Assembly (NCBI GenBank): GCA_000165345.1
Contig: CM000435.1
Coordinates: forward strand, 768,001 to 832,000
DNA: 64,000 nt
Direction: 5' to 3'
Below the pieces are notes generated by a model. That model had not been told where the DNA came from. It saw only the letters and a program-made list of their open reading frames with translations, and searched no databases. Shown in pieces: positions 53,351 to 63,929 of this stretch. A program made the position numbers and the translations under genes. Numbering within the stretch: position 1 is the stretch's first letter; each line of letters begins with the position of its first letter.

Positions 53351-53676
53351 ATGAAAGAAAAAATTATAATTATTTGAAATCTAATTATTAATCTCTTTTC
53401 GATCCAGATTTGCCGATTTTTATTTTAGCGGCAATAGTTAGCTTGTATAAAATGGAGAGATAACAACAGTATATATTTGGCAATAATAAACAGTAATTGT
53501 TTATATTATATTCTGGTGAGTTTACTGAATTTTAGGTTCATCGAACCAATTGCAAATTGAGTTTATTTATTGGTAATAATCATTATGGCATAATCAATGA
53601 ACCGCCATTTTACTCCCCTCACAACAAATGGCAGGAATTTGAATATAAAATCCCTCAATTAGATTTATTTATTGCT

Positions 53677-54387
53677 ATGGACGCTGACTACTCATTTTCG
53701 CTCACAACATTCAGCCCTTCTGGAAAACTTGTTCAGATAGAATATGCGCTTAATGCAGTTAACTCTCAAGGGCGTCCTGCATTGGGAATAAAAGCAAGAA
53801 ATGGAGTTGTAATTGCTACTGAAAAGAAAGTTGCGAGCCCATTGGTTGAGGAACATTCAATTAGAAAGGTCGAATTAATTACTAGTGAGATAGGCTGTTG
53901 CTTTGCAGGTATGCCTGCTGATTTCAGAGTGATTCTGAAAAAGAGTCGAAAAATTGCCCAGGTTTACTACAATACGTATCGTGAGCAAATTCCAGTATGT
54001 GAACTAGTTCGAGAAATCGCAACTGTTATGCAAGAATTTACTCAGTCAGGCGGCGTAAGACCATTCGGAATTTCATTATTAGTAGCAGGTTTCGATTCAA
54101 CTAGAGGCCCCCAGCTATTTCAAGTAGATCCCTCTGGTGCCTATTTCGGATGGAAGGCATCTGCAATCGGAAAAGACATGCAGAATGCAAAATCTTTCTT
54201 AGAGAAAAGATATAACCCTGACGTAGAAATTGAGGATGCATTACACACCGCTCTCCTCACATTGAAAGAGTGCTTTGAAGGAGCAATGAATGAAGACAAC
54301 ATTGAAGTGGGTATAATAGGGGAAGACAAAAACTTCACTATTCTATCGCCACAGGAGATAAAGGACTATTTAGGTGAGGTTGAATAG
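53677..54387 (+). CDS. PSMA2: proteasome subunit alpha type-2
   Basis: The track ORF begins at TTG (53557); the first ATG at 53677 gives 236 aa. [28 protein letters not shown]…[20 protein letters not shown]…[16 protein letters not shown] is near-collinear with PSMA2. Confidence 0.85.
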   Translation: MDADYSFSLTTFSPSGKLVQIEYALNAVNSQGRPALGIKARNGVVIATEKKVASPLVEEHSIRKVELITSEIGCCFAGMPADFRVILKKSRKIAQVYYNTYREQIPVCELVREIATVMQEFTQSGGVRPFGISLLVAGFDSTRGPQLFQVDPSGAYFGWKASAIGKDMQNAKSFLEKRYNPDVEIEDALHTALLTLKECFEGAMNEDNIEVGIIGEDKNFTILSPQEIKDYLGEVE

Positions 54388-54604
54388 GAAAGAATTTAGA
54401 ATAGCATATTAGCTACATTAATATAATTATCTCAAGCGTGTGCAGATTATTTTGTTTTGATTGCGACAAATATGATTTAATTGTTTCTTGAGACGATGTG
54501 GGGAACTAAGGAGACGCCGTGTTATTCATGCGCGCCCCGCGATACTGTTCGATTTACTCAACTAAAGATTGCCATTACACTGAATAAGTTCTGTTTGCGT
54601 AATA

Positions 54605-56968
54605 ATGAGTTTTTTACTACATTTACTTGTGTTTTTCTGCCTTATTATAAACTTATGCTTCGGAAGTGAATCTACTGGTGTCCCTTCTGGAGCTACTTTC
54701 GACGAGTCCCAACTTGGGGACTTAAATAATATTGATTTATCCTCTTTTGGAGCTAATGGTGGTTCATTTGCTGACGAATCAGAGGCTGTTGTTGATAGCA
54801 TTACTCCTGCTCCCTTACCAGAATTATCTAACGATGATGAGGCCGCTATTCAAAAAACTAGTGAAAGCTACGAGTTCCAAACTGAAGTTTCAAGACTTAT
54901 GGATATTATTATTAACTCTCTATATTCTCAGAAAGATGTATTTCTCAGAGAGTTACTGTCTAATTCTGCAGATGCATTGGAGAAGGCTAGATTTATTTCG
55001 GTTACAGATGATTCATTCCTAGGCGAACAACAAGAACTTGAAATTCGTGTCTCATTTAACAATGATAAACGTACAATAACTATTTCTGATACTGGTATCG
55101 GTATGACGCGTCACGATTTAGTCACCAATCTTGGTACAGTTGCCAAATCTGGTACTGCAAATTTTCTAGAGTCTTTGGCTAAAGGTGGAGATTTGAATTT
55201 GATTGGTCAATTTGGTGTTGGTTTTTATGCATCCTATCTTGTTTCAGACCGCGTAACAGTAATTTCAAAGAATAACGAAGATAAACAATATGTTTGGGAG
55301 TCCAGTGCGGATGGATCATTCAGAGTTAGTCTGGATCCAAGAGGTAACACAATTAAAAGAGGTACCACCATAGTTCTTTCATTGAAGGAAGATGCTACCG
55401 AGTTTATGAATTTTTCTAAATTGAAAGATTTAGTTCTTAGATATTCACAGTTTATTAACTTTCCAATTTATATTTATAACCCCGAGGGAGTAAATAAATC
55501 TGAAAAGGATGAATCTGGTGAGAAGAAAGAGTCCAAGGGTAGATGGGAGCAGGTTAATGTAGAAAAGGCAATATGGCTAAGGCCTAGAGAAGAAATTACT
55601 AAGGAGGAGTACAATGGGTTTTACAAAAGCATTACTCACGACTATTCTGAGCCCCTTAGATATCTACATTTTTCCGCCGAAGGTGAAATAGAGTTCAAAT
55701 CATTGTTGTTTATCCCATCCCATCCTCCTTTTGATATGTTTGACACCTATATGGGAAAGAGTGGTAATATAAAGTTTTATGTTAGAAGAGTTCTAATTAC
55801 TGACCATATTGAGGATTTACTACCAAAATACTTGAATTTTATTAAGGGTGTTGTTGATAGCGACGATATTAGTTTGAATGTTGCAAGAGAGCATGTTCAA
55901 CAAAGTAGGATAATTAAGGTGATTAGCAAAAAGATGGTAAGAAAGGTTCTTGAAATGATCAAACAGATTCAAACAGAGCAACTCAATGCAGAGAAGGAGG
56001 AGGCAAACAAGCCAGACGAAGAGAAGAAAAAGGACGCAGCCTTAACAGTTTATGATAAGTTTTATGATATGTTCCACAAGAACTTGAAACTTGGTTGTTA
56101 TGAAGATGACTCGAACCGCTCAAAGATCGTTAAGCTTCTTAAATTCCATACTTCAAAAAGTGGGGACAGCACCGTATTTTTATCTAAGTACATTGAAGGT
56201 ATGAAACCAGAACAAAAAAGCATCTTTTATATTTCAGGTGAATCCCCCTCTGCGCTTTTAAAGAACCCATTGGTTTCACTTTATCTAAAGCATGATATTG
56301 AGGTACTGTTCTTAACTGAAGGGGTTGATGAACCATGCATTTCCAGAGTTCCAGAATTAGAAGGGTTCAAATTCACTAGCATTGAAAAAAGCGATGTAAG
56401 ACCCTTTGAAGAAACTGAAGAGGAGAAAAATATGCACAAGAGATTATCAAAATTCTATGAGCCATTGCTCAAGTTCGTAAAGGATGAGTTCCCTGGCGAA
56501 TTTTTAAAAGTGGAAGTTTCTAAGCGTCTTGTAAGTGACCCTGCTGTAATTACTTCTGGTCCTTGGGGACAGTCCGCATACATGCAGAAAATTCAGAAGG
56601 CCCAGACATTTTCAAATAAGGCAGACTATAAGAATAAGCATATGGAAATTAACCCTAACCACGCTTTGATAAAGAAACTTAACGACCTCGTCATTTCGAA
56701 AAATAATGTTGAGGCTAAAGCACTTGCCTTAAAAATTATTCAACTTTCTACAATTGCTTCCGGATTTGACCTTGAGAATCCTAGTGAATTCGCTTCTGGA
56801 ATGTTTAAGATCATGCTACAGAGTTCAGGGATAGACGAGAAAGATGTCATTAGCTCCGTTGAATTACCCGAAGAAGTAAGTACAGACGAAGGTGTAGAGG
56901 GCTCCGATCAAGAAAAGGGATTTGACGACGAAGAAGACGAAAAAAATGAAAAGCGCGACGAACTCTAG
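54605..56968 (+). CDS. endoplasmin / GRP94 (ER-resident HSP90 paralogue)
   Basis: Signal peptide MSFLLHLLVFFCLIINLCFG. HSP90 ATPase motifs: NKDVFLRELLSNSADALEK, ISDTGIGMT, GQFGVGFYASYLV. Charged linker, then C-terminal KRDEL ER-retention-type signal. Confidence 0.9.
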   Translation: MSFLLHLLVFFCLIINLCFGSESTGVPSGATFDESQLGDLNNIDLSSFGANGGSFADESEAVVDSITPAPLPELSNDDEAAIQKTSESYEFQTEVSRLMDIIINSLYSQKDVFLRELLSNSADALEKARFISVTDDSFLGEQQELEIRVSFNNDKRTITISDTGIGMTRHDLVTNLGTVAKSGTANFLESLAKGGDLNLIGQFGVGFYASYLVSDRVTVISKNNEDKQYVWESSADGSFRVSLDPRGNTIKRGTTIVLSLKEDATEFMNFSKLKDLVLRYSQFINFPIYIYNPEGVNKSEKDESGEKKESKGRWEQVNVEKAIWLRPREEITKEEYNGFYKSITHDYSEPLRYLHFSAEGEIEFKSLLFIPSHPPFDMFDTYMGKSGNIKFYVRRVLITDHIEDLLPKYLNFIKGVVDSDDISLNVAREHVQQSRIIKVISKKMVRKVLEMIKQIQTEQLNAEKEEANKPDEEKKKDAALTVYDKFYDMFHKNLKLGCYEDDSNRSKIVKLLKFHTSKSGDSTVFLSKYIEGMKPEQKSIFYISGESPSALLKNPLVSLYLKHDIEVLFLTEGVDEPCISRVPELEGFKFTSIEKSDVRPFEETEEEKNMHKRLSKFYEPLLKFVKDEFPGEFLKVEVSKRLVSDPAVITSGPWGQSAYMQKIQKAQTFSNKADYKNKHMEINPNHALIKKLNDLVISKNNVEAKALALKIIQLSTIASGFDLENPSEFASGMFKIMLQSSGIDEKDVISSVELPEEVSTDEGVEGSDQEKGFDDEEDEKNEKRDEL

Positions 56969-57033
56969 ATCGCTGAAAAGTCCTAGATAACTTAGCTCAT
57001 AGGCTCCTAATTGATCAAACAATTCTAAATGAG

Positions 57034-59409
57034 TCAATTATTTCCTGGCATTAATGTTAGTAATAAAGAATGACCACCTGAAACTGCAGGAGAGGGCACA
57101 GTTTGAGGTATGTTGTGTTCTTGTTGAATCTGGTGGTGAATGAATGGATTAGGTGGATCGTTCCTGATAGGGAAGTAGTGATGATTTCTAAAGGAAGAAA
57201 GTAGTTTGCTACCCGATGAATATCCTGCGCCGCTATTCGAAATCCTCCCACTTCTATTAGTTTCGTTTGATTTGCAATACCTTCCCTCTATATTTGAGCC
57301 ATTTTCAAGTTCCTTCATCAGATTTAATATGATCTGCTTCTCATTGATGTCTTTAGTCAAGTCAAATGCAATGTTTAAGTGTCTTAATGCCTTATCCTTC
57401 CTGCCTAAATGTGAGAAAGTCTTTCCTAAATATAGATGAATATTGGGTTCGTTTGACGCGAGGCGGTGAGCGGCTGTCAGCATTGTTAAAGCCTCTTCAT
57501 ATCTTTCCAGTTCTAATAACACGATTCCTGCATGATATTTTAACCAAGGATTTCTTTGGTCTTTGAGAATTCCCTTTTGGAAAGTATTATAAGCAGAGAG
57601 AAAATCATGAGTTGTTAGATAGCAAAGGCCAAGGTAATGTATTAATGTAGAATTATTTGGAACAACTTTAAGTGCCAAATTGAAATGGCTCTTTGCTTGA
57701 TAGTACTCTTCTCTTTTAAACCAAACATAACCGATTCCCCAGTGAGCTCTATGGCACCTCGGATCAATTTTCAAAGCCTTTTGGTACATTTGGATCGCTT
57801 CATCGTATTTCTCAATAATTGAAAGCTCATGCCCAATCAATGTATAAGCATAAACATAGCGGTTATCATACTGAATTGCCCTTTTAAAGCACTTAATTGA
57901 ACTTTCGTATTCCTTATGCAAGGAAAAGCAATTTCCAACTACAATCCAAAGCTGAGGGGTATTCTTTTCAATAATTTTTAAAGTCAAGTTTGAAAGATTG
58001 ATTAAGTCAATGCTCCTGGACAACTGCCACAAACACGAACTATAAATATCGAGACACTTAATCCAAAGATTATAATTGGTTTCATAGTTAATACATTTGC
58101 AAACGTTTATACATTCTTGCCATTGATTTGACTCGAAAAGTGCCCTTACATGCAACTCTCTTACATACCCCATTTCCGAAATTTTGTTTGGAATACTTTC
58201 AATATTTTTGAGAAAGCTATGGCAAAGATACCATTCCATCTGATGTGTAAACTTTGACAGCAACTGAATCATAGAAATCAATGGATGAAAACGTGAATCA
58301 AGAGGTTTAATGTTTGCGTCTATATTCTCTGTGTACGCAACTGAATTGTAATTAATTTCACTAATATTTGATGAACTAAATTTATTATTTGCATTCTTTA
58401 CATCTTCAAATTCGCTATATGGCCATTTTGGGCCAGAATTGCCGTCTTTAACTGGATTTTCCAACCAATTAGTAAATGAATGGTATCTCAGCATATGTCT
58501 TTTTTGTAAAGTATCACCAACATTATAAAAGAAATCAGAAACATTTAATACATATAATTCTTCCGAATCAGACTTATCTGATATAGATATCAGAAGATTC
58601 CCATCTTGAATGTTTTTTACCTGCCAACACTCGGCTTCGTTTTTATACACAGTTGATATTACCAAAGCATCGCTGTTTGTGCCCACATATTCTAGATGCT
58701 TCTCGCCCCAGTTATTCAAGCAACAACATATTTTAACAAGTTCATGAGGATACTGGCATGATAGGCCTACTAGTTTTTGAAAAGATTTCCATAAAACTGG
58801 ATTCCAATCTAGAGCAATTGCATAACAATATAAAGCAGAAACCTTGGCATCAAGTTCCTCAAGAATGTTTCCCCATAAATACAGCCCAGCAGAATCTCCT
58901 GGAATTTTTAATTCTCCAGTATGAATGTACTTGATCAGCATTGTAGGATTCATACAAATTGTCGAAAAGATAGAGGATAATGATTTTTTTTTCTCATTTG
59001 TAACTGGAGTGCCTTTCCAAGATTTTGGTGAAACTGAGGGTGAAATTAAACAACTATCAGCAAGCTCTGTCAGAGGTTTCGAGCAAATCTTAAGGATCAT
59101 ACGCTCTGCTTCATCAATTCTTCCCATTAAATAGCAACATTTAATAGTTAAATAATCGCCATATAAATTTACTTCTTTATTTATCGAATCCTCATTAGAA
59201 CTCAATTGTAATTTTGTTTTATCGCATTCTACCCTCAAATAATTAAAAGCTTCCTGTAAATTCAAATCCTTCACAAGAAATCTAGATATTTGAATTCTTG
59301 CTTCTTTGCTTTCCAATAATTTGTCGATTACTTCAGCCCAAAATCTAATGTTGTCATACAATTGCCATCTATCAAGGTAGGTTAAAATGGACAATAACTC
59401 ATCTTCCAT
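57034..59409 (-). CDS. CDC27/APC3 anaphase-promoting complex subunit (TPR protein)
   Basis: 791 aa. The C-terminal TPR array (…HWGIGYVWFKREEYYQAKSHFNLALKVVPNNSTLIHYLG…DQRNPWLKYHAGIVLLELERYEEAL…HLYLGKTFSHLGRKDKALRHLNIAFDL) tracks the CDC27 C-terminal TPRs. Confidence 0.65.
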   Translation of the reverse strand: MEDELLSILTYLDRWQLYDNIRFWAEVIDKLLESKEARIQISRFLVKDLNLQEAFNYLRVECDKTKLQLSSNEDSINKEVNLYGDYLTIKCCYLMGRIDEAERMILKICSKPLTELADSCLISPSVSPKSWKGTPVTNEKKKSLSSIFSTICMNPTMLIKYIHTGELKIPGDSAGLYLWGNILEELDAKVSALYCYAIALDWNPVLWKSFQKLVGLSCQYPHELVKICCCLNNWGEKHLEYVGTNSDALVISTVYKNEAECWQVKNIQDGNLLISISDKSDSEELYVLNVSDFFYNVGDTLQKRHMLRYHSFTNWLENPVKDGNSGPKWPYSEFEDVKNANNKFSSSNISEINYNSVAYTENIDANIKPLDSRFHPLISMIQLLSKFTHQMEWYLCHSFLKNIESIPNKISEMGYVRELHVRALFESNQWQECINVCKCINYETNYNLWIKCLDIYSSCLWQLSRSIDLINLSNLTLKIIEKNTPQLWIVVGNCFSLHKEYESSIKCFKRAIQYDNRYVYAYTLIGHELSIIEKYDEAIQMYQKALKIDPRCHRAHWGIGYVWFKREEYYQAKSHFNLALKVVPNNSTLIHYLGLCYLTTHDFLSAYNTFQKGILKDQRNPWLKYHAGIVLLELERYEEALTMLTAAHRLASNEPNIHLYLGKTFSHLGRKDKALRHLNIAFDLTKDINEKQIILNLMKELENGSNIEGRYCKSNETNRSGRISNSGAGYSSGSKLLSSFRNHHYFPIRNDPPNPFIHHQIQQEHNIPQTVPSPAVSGGHSLLLTLMPGNN

Positions 59410-59619
59410 TTGTGATGTATAAATAGATCTTTATTTATTTACTCTTCAATTTATGATGATTTTTGCTAATAAATTTTTGATTTTTGCTAGCATGGTTAAC
59501 CCCCACACTGAATACACATTATTGCGGCACAGAAAAAAAACTCTGGTTTTTCTGCATTAATGTTAATATTTGACGAAAATAGAGAATAAATTTTAAACTA
59601 ATTTCCAAATTCTAATAGA

Positions 59620-61830
59620 ATGAAAGAAATTGATCAAAATGTCAAGAATTATGTTTCTACCTATCATAAAACTTCTGGAATTTCAAGGATAGCAAATGAA
59701 CAAGAAAGCAACGTCAAAAATAAATCATTTGCGCCCATTCAAATAACTGTTGAACAAATTCTCAAGGAATCCTACTCTGGGTCTGCAAATAGTGTAGGAG
59801 GTAATAATAGCTTGTCTAGACTGCACGAATCATTTGATTTCAGAGGTATTGATGAGTTAGAAGATTATAGGATTAGGAAGAGAAAAGAATTTGAAGACAG
59901 TATCAGAAGAAAGCGATGGAAAATTAGTTTATATCTCTCATACGCCAAATGGGAATCTTTACAAAATAATATAAAAAATTCAAGATCCATTTTCGAAAGA
60001 GGGATTCTTGTAAATTATGAAAATGTACGAATTTGGAGAGAATATATTAAGCTTGAAATTACAAACGGAAACATTAATAATGCTAGGAATTTATTTGAAC
60101 GAGTAACTCACCTTCTACCAAGAATTGATGAATTTTGGATTAAATATATCCAAATGGAGCTTATTCTGAAAAACTACATCAATGTAAGACATATTTATAG
60201 GAAATGGATTGATTGGAAGCCGGATCCTAGTATATATATTCAGTATTCTAAATTTGAGGAGGAATGCGGAGAAATCAAATCAGCCAGAGGAGTAATGAAA
60301 GATCTTATTATATCATACCCAGATGAGAGCAACTTTATTGAGTATATAAAATTTGAACAAAGACATAAAAATCTTTTTTCTTCCGAACAAATAATTAATA
60401 TTCTAAGTGAGACATTAATTGACATAAATGGTAGTAAAATTACAAATCTGTTTTTTTCATCCATTTCAGATATCTTTGTTGAAGAAAAAAAAATTGAGGA
60501 AGCTATCAAACTTTGTAATGAAGGAATCAAAATATTGACGAATGAACACTGTGTTAAAAATCTTAAAGATAAGCTTTTTCAGTTATTCAAAATGAGAATT
60601 TATGAAAAACCTGATGAAAACATAGAGTGGATCAAACATAAATTACAGAATTATCGTGATAAATTACTTCATAACCCACAAGACTTTGATATATTGTTTG
60701 ACTATATAATATTTATTACTCAATACTTAGAATTAGATTCAGTTTTGCAAGAATATGAAAATCTTATTTTTAATCATAATATAAGCGATGTTGTTAGCTG
60801 GGAAAAGTACTTGCATTCTTATTTATTACTGATATACTTTTTTGAAATAAATCAAGATGTTAATAGTCCAAATATTTATAAATTGTATAATAGTTTCATC
60901 CAATCAATTAAAAACAATCAGATTTCTGAAATTAATATTGCTGAATTAGAAACTAAACAATCCGAATCAAAAATCACAAATGTTGAAAAAAATAATATAT
61001 TTGCAAAAGTATTTATATATTTTTCGAACCATCAATTACGTATCGGAGATTTAAATAAGGCAAGAAAAATACTAGGTATTGGATTGGGTAGAGTCCCATG
61101 TATAAATCTATTTGATCACTATATCGATATAGAATTTAAGCTTGGAAATTTTGATCGATGTAGAGTTTTATTTACTAAATACATAGAATACGACCCAGTT
61201 TCTACCAATTCCTGGATTAAATATATGCAGTTCGAATATAATCTCTGTGAGATAAAAAGAGTTATAAGCATCGCAGAATCTGCTATTTCTATGCCAGAAC
61301 TAGACTCTCCAGAAATTATTTGGCAATACTATATCGAACTGATGATCAACGAAAAAAATATTGAATTTGCAGATATTATTTATAAACGCCTATTAGAAAA
61401 GACTCAGCATATACAAGTTGTAATAAATTATTCCACATTCATTATTTCTAAGTTGCATGATAATAAACTGAACCGAGAATTCATTTTAGGAATCTTAAAT
61501 AAATATAAGGAAAGACAATTTGACTACCAAAGATCAATTTTACTCAAATATTGGCTTTCTCTTGAAGAAAAACTTGCTTCAAAAAATATTGATCCTGAAA
61601 GCAATATATGGATCGAAATTGTTAATAGGTTACTTCCAAGGACTATATTAGATGTGAATTCAAAGAACAAAACGTATGTTTTTAAAGAAGAAAACTACGA
61701 TTTTGCCCACCTGATCTCTACAAATAAAGATAATGAAGCGCAAACTTTGCAAACGAATAATAACGATAAAGTACCCACGTCGCTCATTGATGCAGCAAAG
61801 GAATGGAAGAAAGCTAAAATATTAGATTGA
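59620..61830 (+). CDS. crooked-neck / Clf1 / Syf3 pre-mRNA splicing factor (HAT-repeat protein)
   Basis: 736 aa. Repeated HAT motifs: WISYAKWE, WREYIKLEI, WIKYIQMEL, WIDW…YIQYSKFEE, WIKYMQFE. Confidence 0.75.
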   Translation: MKEIDQNVKNYVSTYHKTSGISRIANEQESNVKNKSFAPIQITVEQILKESYSGSANSVGGNNSLSRLHESFDFRGIDELEDYRIRKRKEFEDSIRRKRWKISLYLSYAKWESLQNNIKNSRSIFERGILVNYENVRIWREYIKLEITNGNINNARNLFERVTHLLPRIDEFWIKYIQMELILKNYINVRHIYRKWIDWKPDPSIYIQYSKFEEECGEIKSARGVMKDLIISYPDESNFIEYIKFEQRHKNLFSSEQIINILSETLIDINGSKITNLFFSSISDIFVEEKKIEEAIKLCNEGIKILTNEHCVKNLKDKLFQLFKMRIYEKPDENIEWIKHKLQNYRDKLLHNPQDFDILFDYIIFITQYLELDSVLQEYENLIFNHNISDVVSWEKYLHSYLLLIYFFEINQDVNSPNIYKLYNSFIQSIKNNQISEINIAELETKQSESKITNVEKNNIFAKVFIYFSNHQLRIGDLNKARKILGIGLGRVPCINLFDHYIDIEFKLGNFDRCRVLFTKYIEYDPVSTNSWIKYMQFEYNLCEIKRVISIAESAISMPELDSPEIIWQYYIELMINEKNIEFADIIYKRLLEKTQHIQVVINYSTFIISKLHDNKLNREFILGILNKYKERQFDYQRSILLKYWLSLEEKLASKNIDPESNIWIEIVNRLLPRTILDVNSKNKTYVFKEENYDFAHLISTNKDNEAQTLQTNNNDKVPTSLIDAAKEWKKAKILD

Positions 61831-62041
61831 TAAACTTCTTATTTCTTATTAATTTTAGTACAATAATAATTTTAAACACTAAGATTAAACTTATAATTTT
61901 TAATAAAATATATTTTCATATAGGTTTAAATTATGTGTTCATCTTTCCCTTAGTTGTATTACAAAATCTGAAGCTTAAACAATCAAAAATTTTATTACTG
62001 GAAATAATGCGCCTAATAAAACTTGAAAATATTCTCAATTT

Positions 62042-62628
62042 ATGGTAAATGTTAATGAATTAAATTTACTGAGTGTAGACTTTAATGCAGAATTGGCTAT
62101 AAATAACTTAGAAAGTGTATTTTTGCCAAAACACACTCAATCATTAGACAACATCAGCAAGGCTGCGTTGTTACTTCCCTTCGCTATTCAAAAGGAATTA
62201 AAGTTATTCAATAGTTGTAGCACTTCGTCAGAAAATAATGATGATGAGAACTTAGATAAAAATATAAATAAAGCAGAAAGACAGCTTAATGTTATTAGAA
62301 ATATTGAATTTAAATTAAATTTAAAAAAAAAATTTTCAGATAAAAAAAAGATCTTCAATTCAGTTTCAAACAAAATAACAGATAAATTTTCCATTCAACC
62401 CAATAAATATTTCTTCCAAACTGAAGAAAAAGAGAAAAGTGATGTTTACGACTATTTTACAAGAAAAGAGGTAAGTATATCATGTTATTTTCACTAATAT
62501 TTATTCTTCCCTAGTTCTCTGGTGAAATCGAATGTAAAGATAAAAAGCATATAATTATTGGTAATATATCAAACAAAAATAACATATATAAATGGAAAAT
62601 ACATTCATTAAAATACATCAAGATCTAA
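62042..62628 (+). CDS. hypothetical protein; two exons (62042..62470 and 62515..62628) with a 44-nt intron
   Basis: The track ORF ends …TRKEVSISCYFH*, but codon GAG(E) is immediately followed by GTAAGTAT. TTTTCACTAAT (branch-like) and CTTCCCTAG give an acceptor at 62514. The spliced frame continues FSGEIECKDKKHIIIGNISNKNNIYKWKIHSLKYIKI* and overlaps the convergent LRR gene stop by 4 nt. Confidence 0.45.
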
Positions 62629-63929
62629 TTAAACCTTTCTAGTAATACCTTAGTTTTGTTATTGAATACGTTCAGTTTCTTAATACTTTGGAAGTTTTCC
62701 CAAATATACTTTGGCAAGTCCATTGAAATATTGTTAAAGTTGATTAACTCAACAGAACTTGGAACCTTAACCAATTTTAGCAATAAAATTACGTCATCAT
62801 CATTTGCATAATCATTCCCTGATAAACTTATCTCTATAACACTTGAAAAGAGTTGTATAAATTTTGAATTATTTTTTTTAAAATAGTCATTTGAAAATCC
62901 CTGAAAATTTTTTATTCTCAATTTTGAAAGTTGGAATTTACATGATGAAAGTGAATCAAGGTTTTCATCTGAAATACCAAGTTTAGGATTTATAACAATG
63001 CTTAGTTCATTTAATTTTAATAATGAATCTCCATTTGAAATACAATCAACTATTGACGAGTGGTGATATCTTGACTCAACATTAGAAATGTCCAATGAAA
63101 GAGAGCTAAGATTCGTACATTTTCTACAAATTTTGTTGAAAGACTCAATACATAAGTCATCGTTCTCAAAAATACTTATGCTTAAATTCTTTAGATTTCT
63201 GCAAAGTACTCCGATATGTTCCAAAACATCGCTTGTTGTAACATTCCTTAGTCCTTCTAATTCAAGATCAACTAGAGTTTCGCAATTATATTTTATTAAT
63301 AAACACATAGATAATGGAGTAAGGCCACCCCCAACTAGTTTAGTCTTCACGTTTGCATGTTGTATCAATTTAACAATGCATTCTTCCAGAATTTTGTCTT
63401 GGAAAGTGTTTTTTTGAGATTCAGAAATGTTATTTTGTTCATACTTTGTGGAATTTAATGTTTGAGTATGATCTATCTCGTTATTTGAAGACTCACACTG
63501 ATTATCTAGATATAACCTGGGTATTTTTTTTCTGTAATCATTAATCATATCGGTAAAATAATCATCCGATTCAAAAAAATTCCCTAAATTCGTATTTTGA
63601 CTTAATTTGAGAGTTTTTAATTTTTTTACATTATTTCTTGAATATCTCAATGCTAGATATTTTAGAGTTTTGGATGTTAACATTGGGCACCATGAAATAT
63701 CCAAATGTTCAAGTTCTTTTAAACTTTCTCCTAAATAAAAAAAAGATTTATCAGAAATATTTGCGCAGCTTCTCAAATATAAAGTATTTAATTTCATAAG
63801 CTTTGATGATATTTTATCAAATACTTCATCGTTCACATTGACATTGTAATTTAAATTAAGATATTTAAGATTCTCCATGGATGAAATGATCTTCTTCAGT
63901 GTAGAACTTGATAATTTAGACCTTGACAA
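62625..63929 (-). CDS. leucine-rich-repeat protein (cysteine-containing LRR, F-box/LRR-like); 5' end uncertain
   Basis: The track start is TTG (63929); the first ATG is at 63878. Repeated LxxLxLxxCxxI(T/S)D-type LRRs (…LNTLYLRSCANISDKSF…LEHLDISWCPMLTSKTL…). Upstream exons may lie beyond the window end. Confidence 0.5.
   Translation of the reverse strand: MSRSKLSSSTLKKIISSMENLKYLNLNYNVNVNDEVFDKISSKLMKLNTLYLRSCANISDKSFFYLGESLKELEHLDISWCPMLTSKTLKYLALRYSRNNVKKLKTLKLSQNTNLGNFFESDDYFTDMINDYRKKIPRLYLDNQCESSNNEIDHTQTLNSTKYEQNNISESQKNTFQDKILEECIVKLIQHANVKTKLVGGGLTPLSMCLLIKYNCETLVDLELEGLRNVTTSDVLEHIGVLCRNLKNLSISIFENDDLCIESFNKICRKCTNLSSLSLDISNVESRYHHSSIVDCISNGDSLLKLNELSIVINPKLGISDENLDSLSSCKFQLSKLRIKNFQGFSNDYFKKNNSKFIQLFSSVIEISLSGNDYANDDDVILLLKLVKVPSSVELINFNNISMDLPKYIWENFQSIKKLNVFNNKTKVLLERFN

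Noticed and set aside
61827-62048. 73-aa ORF (MINFLFLINFSTIIILNTKIKLII…) starting at the crooked-neck stop codon
   Set aside because: It begins inside or abuts the upstream gene's stop, is pure I/L/N/F low-complexity typical of AT-rich non-coding DNA, and is superseded by the 62042 gene start.}},{
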